Numbered from the stretch's first letter, positions 17,548 through 26,753 are shown. The stretch: DNA of 64,000 nucleotides from a virus (IMGVR_UViG_3300012983_000002), one strand, 5' to 3'. Program-made: numbers and translations. Notes: a model not told the origin generated them from the sequence alone.

Positions 17548-18030
17548 TTACTTAACCTCTACAATGTATCTTATTGTTGCTTTACTGCTTATTAATTTCT
17601 TGATGCGTTCCACCTCCCACCTACGATAATCTTCTTCCAGCTTACGCAACACTTCAGCATGAGACCTAGGTCTAATATGTATCTCCTGCATGTCTGCTAA
17701 ATCATCGAACACTGCATTTCGCGTCATGTCTGATATAATATTGTGCGAAGCGAGAGAGGAGACGATAGAGTTGATTCTATCATCACGCGACATACACTCA
17801 GCCGTGCTAGCGGCAGAATGTCCGACAGCATTTTGTGCTATGGCTTCTAACGTGTTACACACACTGTCAGCGGCCATCACGTAAGCCGAATTATTACGTA
17901 TGCGAGGGAATGTTGGGCTCTGGGCGAAACGCTCATCTAAAAAATTACTAGTATTAAATCTATCTAATATGGGATTACTGCAAACAATATTGCGAAGATC
18001 CCTATCGTATTCGGCGTAGTCAAAGGGCAT
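17548..18030 (-). CDS. hypothetical protein
   Basis: 160-aa ORF. Confidence 0.5.
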   Translation of the reverse strand: MPFDYAEYDRDLRNIVCSNPILDRFNTSNFLDERFAQSPTFPRIRNNSAYVMAADSVCNTLEAIAQNAVGHSAASTAECMSRDDRINSIVSSLASHNIISDMTRNAVFDDLADMQEIHIRPRSHAEVLRKLEEDYRRWEVERIKKLISSKATIRYIVEVK

Positions 18031-18545
18031 TATTCATCTACTGTGCTTATTACATAGTCATCGTACTGTGGAATCTGAATAGGACGATAATCCTGACGCT
18101 CTACAGATACACACCAGGAATTCTCTGTCCTTGTTACAAAGTTATCATTTCCATGCACATGACCATATATGTTGAAATACGGGGCTTTGAATCTCTTGTA
18201 CAGAGGCGCATGACTGAGGATAAAGAAATCCTTAAGAATCACAGGGTATCTGGATACAAATGTACACCCACACTCCCTGTAAAAGTCATCACTCCTTGTA
18301 TCATGATTCCCTTTGATGAGACGTATATGACCATTAAGCCTGGAGAAGATATGCTTGATGTATTCCTTCTTTGTGCTGAGGGTTACGTCTCCCAATAACC
18401 ACACTATATCGTGTTTGGTTACGGTATTATTCCAATTAGTTATGAGAGCTTCATCCATCTCCTCTACAGAAGCGAACGGACGATTCTCATACTCGATTAC
18501 TGCTTTGTGTCCGAAGTGCGGATCTGCTATAAAGAATGTTCTCAT
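18030..18545 (-). CDS. calcineurin-like metallophosphoesterase
   Basis: Motifs FIADPHFGH, LLGDV and GNHD in canonical order. Confidence 0.75.
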   Translation of the reverse strand: MRTFFIADPHFGHKAVIEYENRPFASVEEMDEALITNWNNTVTKHDIVWLLGDVTLSTKKEYIKHIFSRLNGHIRLIKGNHDTRSDDFYRECGCTFVSRYPVILKDFFILSHAPLYKRFKAPYFNIYGHVHGNDNFVTRTENSWCVSVERQDYRPIQIPQYDDYVISTVDE

Positions 18546-18548
18546 AGT

Positions 18549-18585
18549 AAAAGAAAAACGACCCAGGATGTTGTGTCCTGGGTCG
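18549..18585 (-). terminator. rho-independent terminator-like hairpin
   Basis: 10-bp stem cgacccagga/tcctgggtcg with a 7-nt loop, followed on the minus strand by tttttcttt. Confidence 0.45.
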
Positions 18586-18603
18586 CTGATTAATTTTTAG
18601 CTA

Positions 18604-18786
18604 TTACTTGTTAGTTGGCATCAGTACGATCAGTCTTTTGTTGTATTCTGATTTGAGAATCTCAGACAAATCGTTAATTGAAGTTGCAAGATCGTAGGCA
18701 CGTTGCGTGGAGCAAAGGTGTTCCTCCAGCACACCTACCATAACCTTGATAGCCTTGACAATCTTCTTCTCGACGGTATGTTCCAT
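18604..18786 (-). CDS. small hypothetical protein
   Basis: 60-aa ORF preceding the terminator. Confidence 0.4.
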   Translation of the reverse strand: MEHTVEKKIVKAIKVMVGVLEEHLCSTQRAYDLATSINDLSEILKSEYNKRLIVLMPTNK

Positions 18787-18788
18787 AA

Positions 18789-19568
18789 TTGCAGTATTAT
18801 TATATAATTAATTATATGATCACAAAATCTGCAAATTTAATGGCACTACAGTATTTACTGACAGCGCCGGAAGAAATGATGGAAAAGGAAGCTGCACGTA
18901 GAAGAATTGCGCGACAAGTGCGAAGAAACGCTCAAAGGAAAGTAATGCGTCAGCCTGCCGTACAAGCTCACAATAACGCTCACGCACCCCTCGGTAACAA
19001 TATCCGGGCGGCGGTGCAGCCATCCGCGCAGGGACCTGCCACCGCAAGGCAGATGACACCTGATCAGGCTATGACTAATCAATCAACTATGCCTCATGCC
19101 AGTCGTGCCGTTGCTGTCAAAGGTACGGCACCGAGCTCCCCTGCTCCTCAAGGTCCGTCCTTCCGTCACGGAATGTCTCAAGTGGGACAAGGCTTTGGTG
19201 AAATGGGCAGCGCCATCGCGCAGGGAGGAAGAAATGCTATCAACAGAGGCCTACAGGCTGGTGCAAACGCTGCCAACGCTGTAAGAAACGGATTGCAAGC
19301 TACAGGCAATGCTATCGCCGGCGGAGCCAGAGCTACCGGTAATGCTATCGCTAGTGGAGCTAGAGCCACAGGAAACGCTATCGCTGGCGGTGCTAGAGCT
19401 GTAAAGAACGGATTGCAAGCTACCGGTAATGCTATCGCTAGTGGAGCTAGAGCTGCAGGTGGGGCCGTAATGAATGGAGGAAGAAATGCTCTAGAATGGG
19501 CACAAAAGAATCCTGGACTCGCGCTTGGCGGTGGTTACATGCTGTACGACCAACTGACAGATAACTAA
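18789..19568 (+). CDS. Ala/Gly-rich tandem-repeat protein
   Basis: Five 12-aa repeats (ATGNAIA(G/S)GARA) encoded by ~36-bp DNA repeats at about 19280..19465. It is the only plus-strand gene in the first 39 kb. Confidence 0.55.
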   Translation: MQYYYIINYMITKSANLMALQYLLTAPEEMMEKEAARRRIARQVRRNAQRKVMRQPAVQAHNNAHAPLGNNIRAAVQPSAQGPATARQMTPDQAMTNQSTMPHASRAVAVKGTAPSSPAPQGPSFRHGMSQVGQGFGEMGSAIAQGGRNAINRGLQAGANAANAVRNGLQATGNAIAGGARATGNAIASGARATGNAIAGGARAVKNGLQATGNAIASGARAAGGAVMNGGRNALEWAQKNPGLALGGGYMLYDQLTDN

Positions 19569-19590
19569 AAATAACCCAATAACTTTAAAC

Positions 19591-19626
19591 TCCCGCAACT
19601 ATTAAGGCTGCGGGAGTTTTTATTTA
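19591..19626 (+). terminator. rho-independent terminator between convergent genes
   Basis: 8-bp stem ctcccgca/tgcgggag, followed by tttttattt. Confidence 0.6.
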
Positions 19627-19635
19627 ATCTTCCTG

Positions 19636-19929
19636 TTAAAGTGCTCCTGCCAATCCAGATGCCACTTGCCCTGCACCTGCAAGTACCACAGGGGTATCAG
19701 CAGACATAACTACAACAGTAGGAAGCATAGATACACTATACTTCTGAGCCAAAGTTATACCTTCAGGCGTACTCGTATCTACTTCATAGAAAGAATAATC
19801 TGAATGCTCTGATGCAACTTTCTCTATGCGCGGCTTGAGCATCTTACACTGTCCACAAGTAGGACTGGTAAACATAAACACAGTATTACTCTTGCTATCA
19901 GAATCAATATTAGAAGCGTATTTGTTCAT
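19636..19929 (-). CDS. thioredoxin/glutaredoxin-like protein
   Basis: CxxC active-site motif (TSPTCGQCKML) in a ~97-aa thioredoxin-sized protein. Confidence 0.6.
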   Translation of the reverse strand: MNKYASNIDSDSKSNTVFMFTSPTCGQCKMLKPRIEKVASEHSDYSFYEVDTSTPEGITLAQKYSVSMLPTVVVMSADTPVVLAGAGQVASGLAGAL

Positions 19930-19948
19930 TATTGTATATTAAATATTA

Positions 19949-20239
19949 TTACCAAAGAGAGGAAGGACAACAGTCGCGAGAGGCACCCATATAAGCGAAG
20001 TAAGTATCAATACTCTCTTCGTCGTTAGCGCCGTCAGAAACACCGTACCTAGCGCGAGGACAAGCTACAGCAGTATCATTCTCCAGTTCCAGGATAGCCA
20101 TCTCGATGGAGACTGCGTGTTTGAGGAGATACCTCTCCTTGCCCGTGAGCCGTACGTGCATTACCTCTTTACTCTTTGCCGTTGCTACAGCGTTTACGAA
20201 TTCGTTATAGGTAAGCTCGATAAGTTCGTCGCGGTACAT
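19949..20239 (-). CDS. hypothetical protein
   Basis: 96-aa ORF. Confidence 0.45.
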   Translation of the reverse strand: MYRDELIELTYNEFVNAVATAKSKEVMHVRLTGKERYLLKHAVSIEMAILELENDTAVACPRARYGVSDGANDEESIDTYFAYMGASRDCCPSSLW

Positions 20240-20261
20240 AGTAGTTTTAGTTGTTTAGGGT

Positions 20262-20624
20262 TTAGTTAAGGGAAGAATTAAGATCGACATTATTACAATA
20301 GTCCATAAGCTCTTCTATAGACGCTTTCTTAATGAACGAGAAGTTATAACACTCAGCGTACTGACCTTGCTCGAACTTACTGTACTCGCTCTCTGTAAAC
20401 ATCATGATATGATTATCATCTGTAAAGATATGCGGGTAATCGTCAATGCTTACGTCAATGTAATCATATGATATTACATTCCTGAGCTTCATAGTACGAG
20501 TATTACTATCATACCTAAAAACTTCATAGTCTATATGCCTCATGTAGAACTTTCTGTCCGATATTCTACCTTCAAGGATCTTCTCAAGAATATCCTCCAA
20601 CTTAGCGTGTGCAATTCTTTCCAT
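20262..20624 (-). CDS. hypothetical protein
   Basis: 120-aa ORF. Confidence 0.5.
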   Translation of the reverse strand: MERIAHAKLEDILEKILEGRISDRKFYMRHIDYEVFRYDSNTRTMKLRNVISYDYIDVSIDDYPHIFTDDNHIMMFTESEYSKFEQGQYAECYNFSFIKKASIEELMDYCNNVDLNSSLN

Positions 20625-20686
20625 ACGTGTAAAAGAAAAGAGAGGTAACTTACGCTACCTCTCATGTTAAAGATTTTATTAAGTTA

Positions 20687-21460
20687 TTACTTACCGGGCT
20701 CAACGAAGTGTTTTCGCTCGTTAAACTCTCCCTGCTTACCTGCGTTAAACGTTTCTACAGGCCGATGATACTTTTTGTCGACTGTTGCTTCCGCCGCTGC
20801 GGTAACCTCGTTCAGTCTGTCAAGGTAGCCCTTAACCATACCGTACTTTCTTGATAATTTGTACGTAGGGTTGTCACCATAGAGATAATTAGCCAGCTTT
20901 ACAGTATCCTTCTTAGCGAATCTTATTCTGAATACAGATCCGTTACGAACGATATGCTTCTTCTCGCTTATCACTCCAGCTTCTACTAAGATATTTTTCA
21001 CATCTACTAGAAGTGGCATCTGTCCTGTTATTTCTGCGTACAAGTAATTATTATGTTGACCACCATAATAAAAGCTACCATCAGCGTCAAACAAACCTCT
21101 TAAAAAGTCTTTGACTACATCAGGATGTAACAGCCTTAGGTGCAATCTTCCTCTATCAGATTTTCGTCTAGTAAGTTCATACTTTTTTATAATGTTGTGA
21201 ACTTTCCATGAACGAAACTCTATAGAAGCATTATGACACCTGTCAGTTATTATCTCTTTAACCGGGCGATCCTCGGATCCTATGAAATTACGGAAAGCAA
21301 ACAAATGCTCCCGATCACTCCACTGAATTTGGACACGCACTTTGTTTTCCTGGGTGCAATTTCCATCTCCGTATAAGAATCCGATCCAGTACGCTAAGTC
21401 AGGTGTTAGCGTACCCCATACTTGTTCGTTTAATTTATATTTGCGTTTATTATTGCTCAT
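20687..21460 (-). CDS. LAGLIDADG homing endonuclease (two-motif, monomeric type)
   Basis: Two LAGLIDADG-like motifs, WIGFLYGDGN and LRGLFDADGSF. Confidence 0.75.
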   Translation of the reverse strand: MSNNKRKYKLNEQVWGTLTPDLAYWIGFLYGDGNCTQENKVRVQIQWSDREHLFAFRNFIGSEDRPVKEIITDRCHNASIEFRSWKVHNIIKKYELTRRKSDRGRLHLRLLHPDVVKDFLRGLFDADGSFYYGGQHNNYLYAEITGQMPLLVDVKNILVEAGVISEKKHIVRNGSVFRIRFAKKDTVKLANYLYGDNPTYKLSRKYGMVKGYLDRLNEVTAAAEATVDKKYHRPVETFNAGKQGEFNERKHFVEPGK

Positions 21461-21700
21461 AATTGAACTGTAGCCTGTAGGCTCTTGCTTTCCTCATCTT
21501 CACTCTTTTGTTATAAGAGCTTTAGATTTCTATTAGAGGTTATTTTACATGGGCTATCACTTAACCCATAACTCGCGTATACACAGTGCATTTGGTACGT
21601 TCGTCTTCGTGTGCCTTCAGCACTTCCTCCGGTGATTTCTTAATCTTAGTTTCTTCCGTCATAGTTAAATAATTATACTCTTTAAATACATTTCTCTCAA

Positions 21701-22054
21701 CTACTGAACAGTTACATTAATGCACCAACCAAGAGAAGGTCGTGTGACTTTGAATAGCGTCCTGCAGAATTCATCTAGAGGATACATCCTGCCAAAATAG
21801 TTTTCATGATGTAGTATCATCTTTACATAAATCCCATCCCTCCGCCAATCCACACAGAACGCGCCTAGAAGCTGATGCATAGTTGCATGTGGATGCCTAG
21901 CCCACTGAAACACAAAGGGATATGTCTCTTCAAGTATTCTTACATCGTGTAACCATTTGCGCAGTTCTGCGACATCATCAACAGCAATTTCTATACTAGT
22001 ATCTTGCCCGTCTATAGTAACAGCAGGTAGCGTATATCTCTTTACCATATGCAT
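21701..22054 (-). CDS. paralogue-family protein 1 (C-terminal GWC(I/A/V)TVKV motif family)
   Basis: MHMVKRYTLPAVTIDGQDTS...RPSLGWCINVTVQ. Close DNA-level paralogue of 22062..22421. Confidence 0.6.
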   Translation of the reverse strand: MHMVKRYTLPAVTIDGQDTSIEIAVDDVAELRKWLHDVRILEETYPFVFQWARHPHATMHQLLGAFCVDWRRDGIYVKMILHHENYFGRMYPLDEFCRTLFKVTRPSLGWCINVTVQ

Positions 22055-22061
22055 CCTAAGA

Positions 22062-22421
22062 CTAACATACTTTCACAGTAATGCACCAACCAAGAGAAGG
22101 TCGTGTACATTTAAATGGCATCAGCATCATCCTGCAGAATTCATCTAGAGAGTACATCGCGTCACAATAATAAGATCTATGACATAACTTAATCTTTATA
22201 TAAATCCCGTCCTGGTACCATAGCACACAAAACAAACCTAGAAGTGTAGGCGCAGTTGAACGTGGATTTGTATCCCAATTAAAATTAAAGGATTGTACAG
22301 CTATACAGCTTCTTACCTGCAATAACCATTCGCGCAGTTTTGCGTAGTCATAAATCACAACTCCTACACTAGTATCTTGCCCATCTGCAGTAACAGCAGG
22401 TAATATGTATCTCTTTATCAT
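22062..22421 (-). CDS. paralogue-family protein 2
   Basis: MIKRYILPAVTADGQDTS...RPSLGWCITVKVC. Confidence 0.6.
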   Translation of the reverse strand: MIKRYILPAVTADGQDTSVGVVIYDYAKLREWLLQVRSCIAVQSFNFNWDTNPRSTAPTLLGLFCVLWYQDGIYIKIKLCHRSYYCDAMYSLDEFCRMMLMPFKCTRPSLGWCITVKVC

Positions 22422-22434
22422 ATGTATCCTAAGG

Positions 22435-22791
22435 TTAACATACTTTCACAGTAGCACACCAACCAAACGAAGGTCGTGTGCCTGAGGATAGCATCCTGCA
22501 GAACTCATACAACGTGTACTCTGGGTTATGATAACTAGATATGCACAGATCAACCACTATACGAATACCGTCTTGTCTATACTCCGGACAGAACTCACCA
22601 AAAAGAGTGTAGTACGCAGCCACATCTGGATGTTCTGTCCAATGAAACTTAAAAGGCTGTACAATCATACGCCTGCTTAAGTCGTGCACCCATTTGTTGA
22701 GCGTACTAGCGCTGTTCACCTTAATACCTATACTAGTATTTTGCCAGGCTGTAGTAACAGCTGGTAGCGTGTATCTCCTGTTCATATACAT
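22435..22791 (-). CDS. paralogue-family protein 3
   Basis: MYMNRRYTLPAVTTAWQNTS...RPSFGWCATVKVC. Start trimmed to an internal Met to avoid overlap with the upstream gene. Confidence 0.55.
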   Translation of the reverse strand: MYMNRRYTLPAVTTAWQNTSIGIKVNSASTLNKWVHDLSRRMIVQPFKFHWTEHPDVAAYYTLFGEFCPEYRQDGIRIVVDLCISSYHNPEYTLYEFCRMLSSGTRPSFGWCATVKVC

Positions 22792-22802
22792 CCTCCAAAC
22801 TT

Positions 22803-23177
22803 TTATACCTTCACGGTGACACACACCCCGAAACCCTCCGGGCGTCCTATCCCGAGACACAAAAACCTTTCAAAAGCCTCCAGCGAGGGGTATTTTATAT
22901 CTCTATACCCACCACTCATTAGACGTAAATATATCTCGGTGCGCGCGGTCGAACTTGCAGAACGTGCAGCTCGAAGGCGTCCAATGTTAGACAATCTAAG
23001 ATCACCTTCCGCGCCCCACCGCACTACATATGAAAATGTAAAATATCCTGATTTTACTAACTTCAACCAACCAATAAAACGATCAGAATACCCATCTATT
23101 CCTAAGACTACATTATGTTTAGTACCGTCATCTCTACTAACAGCCTGTACAGTGTAAAGTCTATCTCTGTTCATCAT
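22803..23177 (-). CDS. paralogue-family protein 4 (divergent)
   Basis: MMNRDRLYTVQAVSRDDGT...RPEGFGVCVTVKV. Confidence 0.55.
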   Translation of the reverse strand: MMNRDRLYTVQAVSRDDGTKHNVVLGIDGYSDRFIGWLKLVKSGYFTFSYVVRWGAEGDLRLSNIGRLRAARSASSTARTEIYLRLMSGGYRDIKYPSLEAFERFLCLGIGRPEGFGVCVTVKV

Positions 23178-23212
23178 TCTTTTCTTCTCATACCGCTTTT
23201 AAAACACATTAA

Positions 23213-23587
23213 CTATTTCACATCAATCGTCACACACATTCCAAACGGTGGACGACTCGGACTTGATACTCCTCTAAAAAACACACTCTCAAATTCGGGC
23301 AAGGTAAAAGTCATCTCCCTAACATTACACAAAAAAAAATCCACATAAACCACTGGGAAATTCGAACCCACCGATCTCCCTATCCTAAAGCTACCTGGAT
23401 ACACTCTGCTCCTATCACTAACATATGTCCAAGTAAATAGATACTTCCCTCCTGGACGCCTGGCATCTAGCCTATTGCGACGCCACCAACTGACAAATTC
23501 TAAAGGACTGTCTATATCCACCTCTATATCACGCAGTGAGGACGTATCTCGAGACCATGTAGTCAGTACATGAAATCGTTTATTCAT
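23213..23587 (-). CDS. paralogue-family protein 5 (divergent)
   Basis: MNKRFHVLTTWSRDTSS...RPPFGMCVTIDVK. Start chosen at the Met abutting the upstream stop. Confidence 0.5.
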   Translation of the reverse strand: MNKRFHVLTTWSRDTSSLRDIEVDIDSPLEFVSWWRRNRLDARRPGGKYLFTWTYVSDRSRVYPGSFRIGRSVGSNFPVVYVDFFLCNVREMTFTLPEFESVFFRGVSSPSRPPFGMCVTIDVK

Positions 23588-23922
23588 ATGCAACCTCCGC
23601 AAGATCCACTACGAAAATCCTGTTTGTTGATTAACTCGAACACCTGAGGATATTCTGACTTATCTATTGGTAACTCTTTAAGCCAATACTTATTAGCATC
23701 AATCCAATCTTCTGAGTCGAGACCTTCCCAGCGACTACGCCACTTCACATCGTAGCCATTACGGAAACACCAGGAATCGTACCGTCCTTCTGTTCCCATG
23801 TCGGACGTGCGAAGATCTTCAGGTATCTTGTCAGAACAATTAACACCGTCAATCTCTATTACCCACTCACCAAGACAAAGAGACGGCCAACTGCCTGTCC
23901 ATTCTATTTTAATATTGCTCAT
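23584..23922 (-). CDS. hypothetical Trp/Cys-containing protein embedded in the paralogue array
   Basis: 112-aa ORF ending ...SGSCGGCI. It is not obviously a family member. Confidence 0.45.
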   Translation of the reverse strand: MSNIKIEWTGSWPSLCLGEWVIEIDGVNCSDKIPEDLRTSDMGTEGRYDSWCFRNGYDVKWRSRWEGLDSEDWIDANKYWLKELPIDKSEYPQVFELINKQDFRSGSCGGCI

Positions 23923-23924
23923 TG

Positions 23925-24323
23925 TTATTTTACGTTTATTAAAATACTCATACCTATATCGGCAGGCTTTGTCACGGGCAGTTGGCTCTCGTAATAAGAA
24001 AGGGGTGCGCTAAAGTATCTGCGTAGTTTTCCTAGAGGATTTTCTTCCGTACTGTAACCGTCGTATAGAGAGGCACTTACAAAAATAGTCTCACCCCCTA
24101 TAGAAGTACAAGCATAAAGCACGCACGGAGCTTCAAGATAATCATCATCATCTATAGTACCAGACCACAGTACCGAATCACAGATCCTGGTATAATCGCT
24201 CACTCCTGAGCTACACAGTAATCGTATGTACGGTATAAGTCTGTCAGACGTGAGCTCCACATGCGTGTATGCATCTTCAGAAATCTCTCTAAGTCTGAGT
24301 GTGTTTCTTTTACTTCTGCTCAT
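23925..24323 (-). CDS. paralogue-family protein 6 (most divergent)
   Basis: Similar size and position. It has a ...IGMSILINVK C-terminus. Confidence 0.45.
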   Translation of the reverse strand: MSRSKRNTLRLREISEDAYTHVELTSDRLIPYIRLLCSSGVSDYTRICDSVLWSGTIDDDDYLEAPCVLYACTSIGGETIFVSASLYDGYSTEENPLGKLRRYFSAPLSYYESQLPVTKPADIGMSILINVK

Positions 24324-24667
24324 AATACATTAATGCAGCTACTGATACACCAACCTGAATTGCCTATGCGGAAGAGTTTCATAAACTCTTCCATCGTACA
24401 ATGAAACACAGGATAGAAAGACACATATAAATTCACAGACATGCAACCTCTGTCATCACATGTAAATCTACCAGACAACGTACAATGATCTACATTAATA
24501 TTATCACCGTCGTACCAGTTAAACCGATACGAACGCGATACGCTGGCGTCGTTACTTTTTACGCGCTTCACCCAGTCACTTAATGAAAGATTGTCATTTT
24601 CCTCGCGGCAGGATGTATCTATAACTACTGTGTGCGGTAATCTTACAACATAACGAGTCTTGTTCAT
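24320..24667 (-). CDS. paralogue-family protein 7
   Basis: MNKTRYVVRLPHTVVIDTS...GNSGWCISSCINVL. Start trimmed because the longer ORF would cover the terminator hairpin. Confidence 0.5.
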   Translation of the reverse strand: MNKTRYVVRLPHTVVIDTSCREENDNLSLSDWVKRVKSNDASVSRSYRFNWYDGDNINVDHCTLSGRFTCDDRGCMSVNLYVSFYPVFHCTMEEFMKLFRIGNSGWCISSCINVL

Positions 24668-24671
24668 AAAA

Positions 24672-24712
24672 TAAAAAAAATCCCGATAACTTAACGTCAC
24701 CGGGATATATAG
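24672..24712 (-). terminator. weak terminator-like hairpin plus T-run downstream of the endolysin gene
   Basis: tcccg...cggga stem, followed on the minus strand by ttttttttatttt. Confidence 0.35.
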
Positions 24713-24733
24713 TAAAGGATTGATAATTTAATT

Positions 24734-25627
24734 TTAACCTATGTACACGATAATACCGTCACATATAGCCTTACCGATCCTGTCAATATTAGTAGCCATC
24801 CAGTATAGATTATCCAGATTATCGTAGAAACCTACTTCGATAAGGGTTGCAGGCATATCAGCCTTAGCATTGCGAAGCACACCCACTGTCGACGTGTGAA
24901 TGTGTTCTGCACGATTATCAGGTCCTTTAAGCGCTAACAATTTGTTAACAATAGTCTGACCTAAATCCTTGCCCTTACTTCTTCCAGGATAATATAGCGC
25001 TACTGGTCCTCTGGCTTTGCATGCCAAATCTTCCCAGCCTGAAGCTCCTGCTGCATTGTTATGAATGGATACAAACACTCTAGGATCACAAGCATTGGCT
25101 CTTGTGTACACCTGACGAATTTCTGCATTATTGGACAAAGAAGGATCGTCATACAGTACTACTTTCTTGCCCTCAGATTCCAAATGCTTCTTAGTAGCTT
25201 CTGCAATTTTTACATTGAGAATGTGCTCAACACTATCGGATGTAGTCGAGGTAAACCCAAGCGCATCTGCTATCTCCTTACACTTTCCCTTAGACCAATC
25301 AACTCCCTTGAACTGTCTTGGATGCTCTCTACTGTAATCAGACGTGTGTCCCGGATCAAGGAATACGTCTATTCTGGTTGTTTTTGGCTTGGGGTTTTTT
25401 ATACGAAGCTTTTCTAGAATAGCGGTGAGAGTTCTACTGCCTATTATCCCGTCAGCTGTGGTGCCGACGGTTTCCTGGATACTGACATTATTAGGTTGGC
25501 ATCCTAGCTCAGAGGCTACGGCCGATCTTGTCTTAGGTCCCCAGAGTCCGTCAGCTTCTACTCCCACCATTCGTTGTATCTCACTGATCTTATCAGAATT
25601 AGTACTCATATAGATATTATAGACCAA
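24734..25627 (-). CDS. endolysin: N-terminal peptidoglycan-binding domain fused to an N-acetylmuramoyl-L-alanine amidase (Amidase_3-like)
   Basis: PG_binding_1-like GVEADGLWGPKTRSAVASEL. Amidase motifs DPGHTSDY and FVSIHNNAAG. Confidence 0.75.
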   Translation of the reverse strand: MVYNIYMSTNSDKISEIQRMVGVEADGLWGPKTRSAVASELGCQPNNVSIQETVGTTADGIIGSRTLTAILEKLRIKNPKPKTTRIDVFLDPGHTSDYSREHPRQFKGVDWSKGKCKEIADALGFTSTTSDSVEHILNVKIAEATKKHLESEGKKVVLYDDPSLSNNAEIRQVYTRANACDPRVFVSIHNNAAGASGWEDLACKARGPVALYYPGRSKGKDLGQTIVNKLLALKGPDNRAEHIHTSTVGVLRNAKADMPATLIEVGFYDNLDNLYWMATNIDRIGKAICDGIIVYIG

Positions 25628-25692
25628 GATACAACAGGTAAAAGAGATTACAGCCTGGGGCCCTGTAAGGACCCCAGGCTGTAAGTTGTGTG

Positions 25693-26028
25693 TTACGCAC
25701 CAAACCCGGAGATCAGGCCAGCCACGATATCGCCAGAGCGAAGCATGCCCTTAAAGGGCACACCCTTGCGCTTAGCGTCGTATGCCAGCGTGGAGGCTAC
25801 AGTGAAATACACCTTATCCCCGTTTTCCTTCTCAGCCCAGAAGCTGATATGGTCATACGGATTGATGCCACCTGCCACAGTAGTATGAGACTTGCTAATG
25901 ATTTTGGCCTTCTTGCCACAAAGAGCAAGTCCATCAGCAACATCAAAGTTCACGATATCACCGGGCTCGATCATATCGAATGCGGTGTCCATGTTCTTGT
26001 AGAGGTGGGAAGGAACGTTCTTCTTCAT
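25693..26028 (-). CDS. hypothetical protein
   Basis: 111-aa ORF. Confidence 0.5.
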   Translation of the reverse strand: MKKNVPSHLYKNMDTAFDMIEPGDIVNFDVADGLALCGKKAKIISKSHTTVAGGINPYDHISFWAEKENGDKVYFTVASTLAYDAKRKGVPFKGMLRSGDIVAGLISGFGA

Positions 26029-26163
26029 AATTATTGTATTTCTATTGTTAAGGTTATTGTTTGTTTGATATTACTTAACTGTATTACTTACAATATATTA
26101 CTTTGAATAACTCAGGTAACGCCACCTTCGTCAAATATATATAGCATGTATGTGTGTATTTTT

Positions 26164-26487
26164 TCACCACAACACGTCTACCTGTAGAGAAGCTTTGAAG
26201 AACTTAGAATCAGACACATCTCGTTCTGCGTCGCAGTCATGATCTTTAGGATGCATTAACACGTGCCAATCTTTTCCATTGTAAAACAATGATACACGTA
26301 CGTTACTCTTGGTTCCATCCTTAGTAACATGCTTAGCATCATCTACTGGGTGACCGCACCCTTTGATAGATTTAGCCACGGATACGTCCACGTGAGGAAC
26401 TATTACTACACAACCGTCCTCTAAATAAAATGCACTGAAATGTTTCTTCATACAATTAATCATTAAAGATAATTGTCTACGCTTCAA
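26164..26487 (-). CDS. hypothetical protein
   Basis: 107-aa ORF. Confidence 0.45.
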   Translation of the reverse strand: MKRRQLSLMINCMKKHFSAFYLEDGCVVIVPHVDVSVAKSIKGCGHPVDDAKHVTKDGTKSNVRVSLFYNGKDWHVLMHPKDHDCDAERDVSDSKFFKASLQVDVLW

Positions 26488-26750
26488 CCGTTTTCATTGA
26501 TACGATTCAGCGCTCCTACTACAGCATCTCTTATTACTTCAGCAGTGTTATCTGCTCGTTTATCGCCACTTGGCATTACCATGATCTGCACATCCACCGC
26601 ATCGGTAGATGTGTCAGTCGCAGCAATAATATTGATTCTTGTATACTTCCTATCAGCGTAATAAATGCGATACATCTGATGCATCCCAAATCCCGCAAAG
26701 AAACTCACAACAACCAGGATAATTAACTTTAATACAAAAAATAACGTCAT
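26484..26750 (-). CDS. small membrane protein, holin candidate
   Basis: Single N-terminal TM helix (LFFVLKLIILVVVSFFAGFG), about 1 kb from the endolysin. Confidence 0.35.
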   Translation of the reverse strand: MTLFFVLKLIILVVVSFFAGFGMHQMYRIYYADRKYTRINIIAATDTSTDAVDVQIMVMPSGDKRADNTAEVIRDAVVGALNRINENG

Positions 26751-26753
26751 GCT

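Noticed and set aside
24668-24700. N-terminal extension MTLSYRDFFYF of ORF 24320..24700
   Set aside because: The extension would translate through the terminator hairpin and T-run downstream of the endolysin gene. The internal Met (MNKTRYVV) aligns with the paralogue family N-termini.
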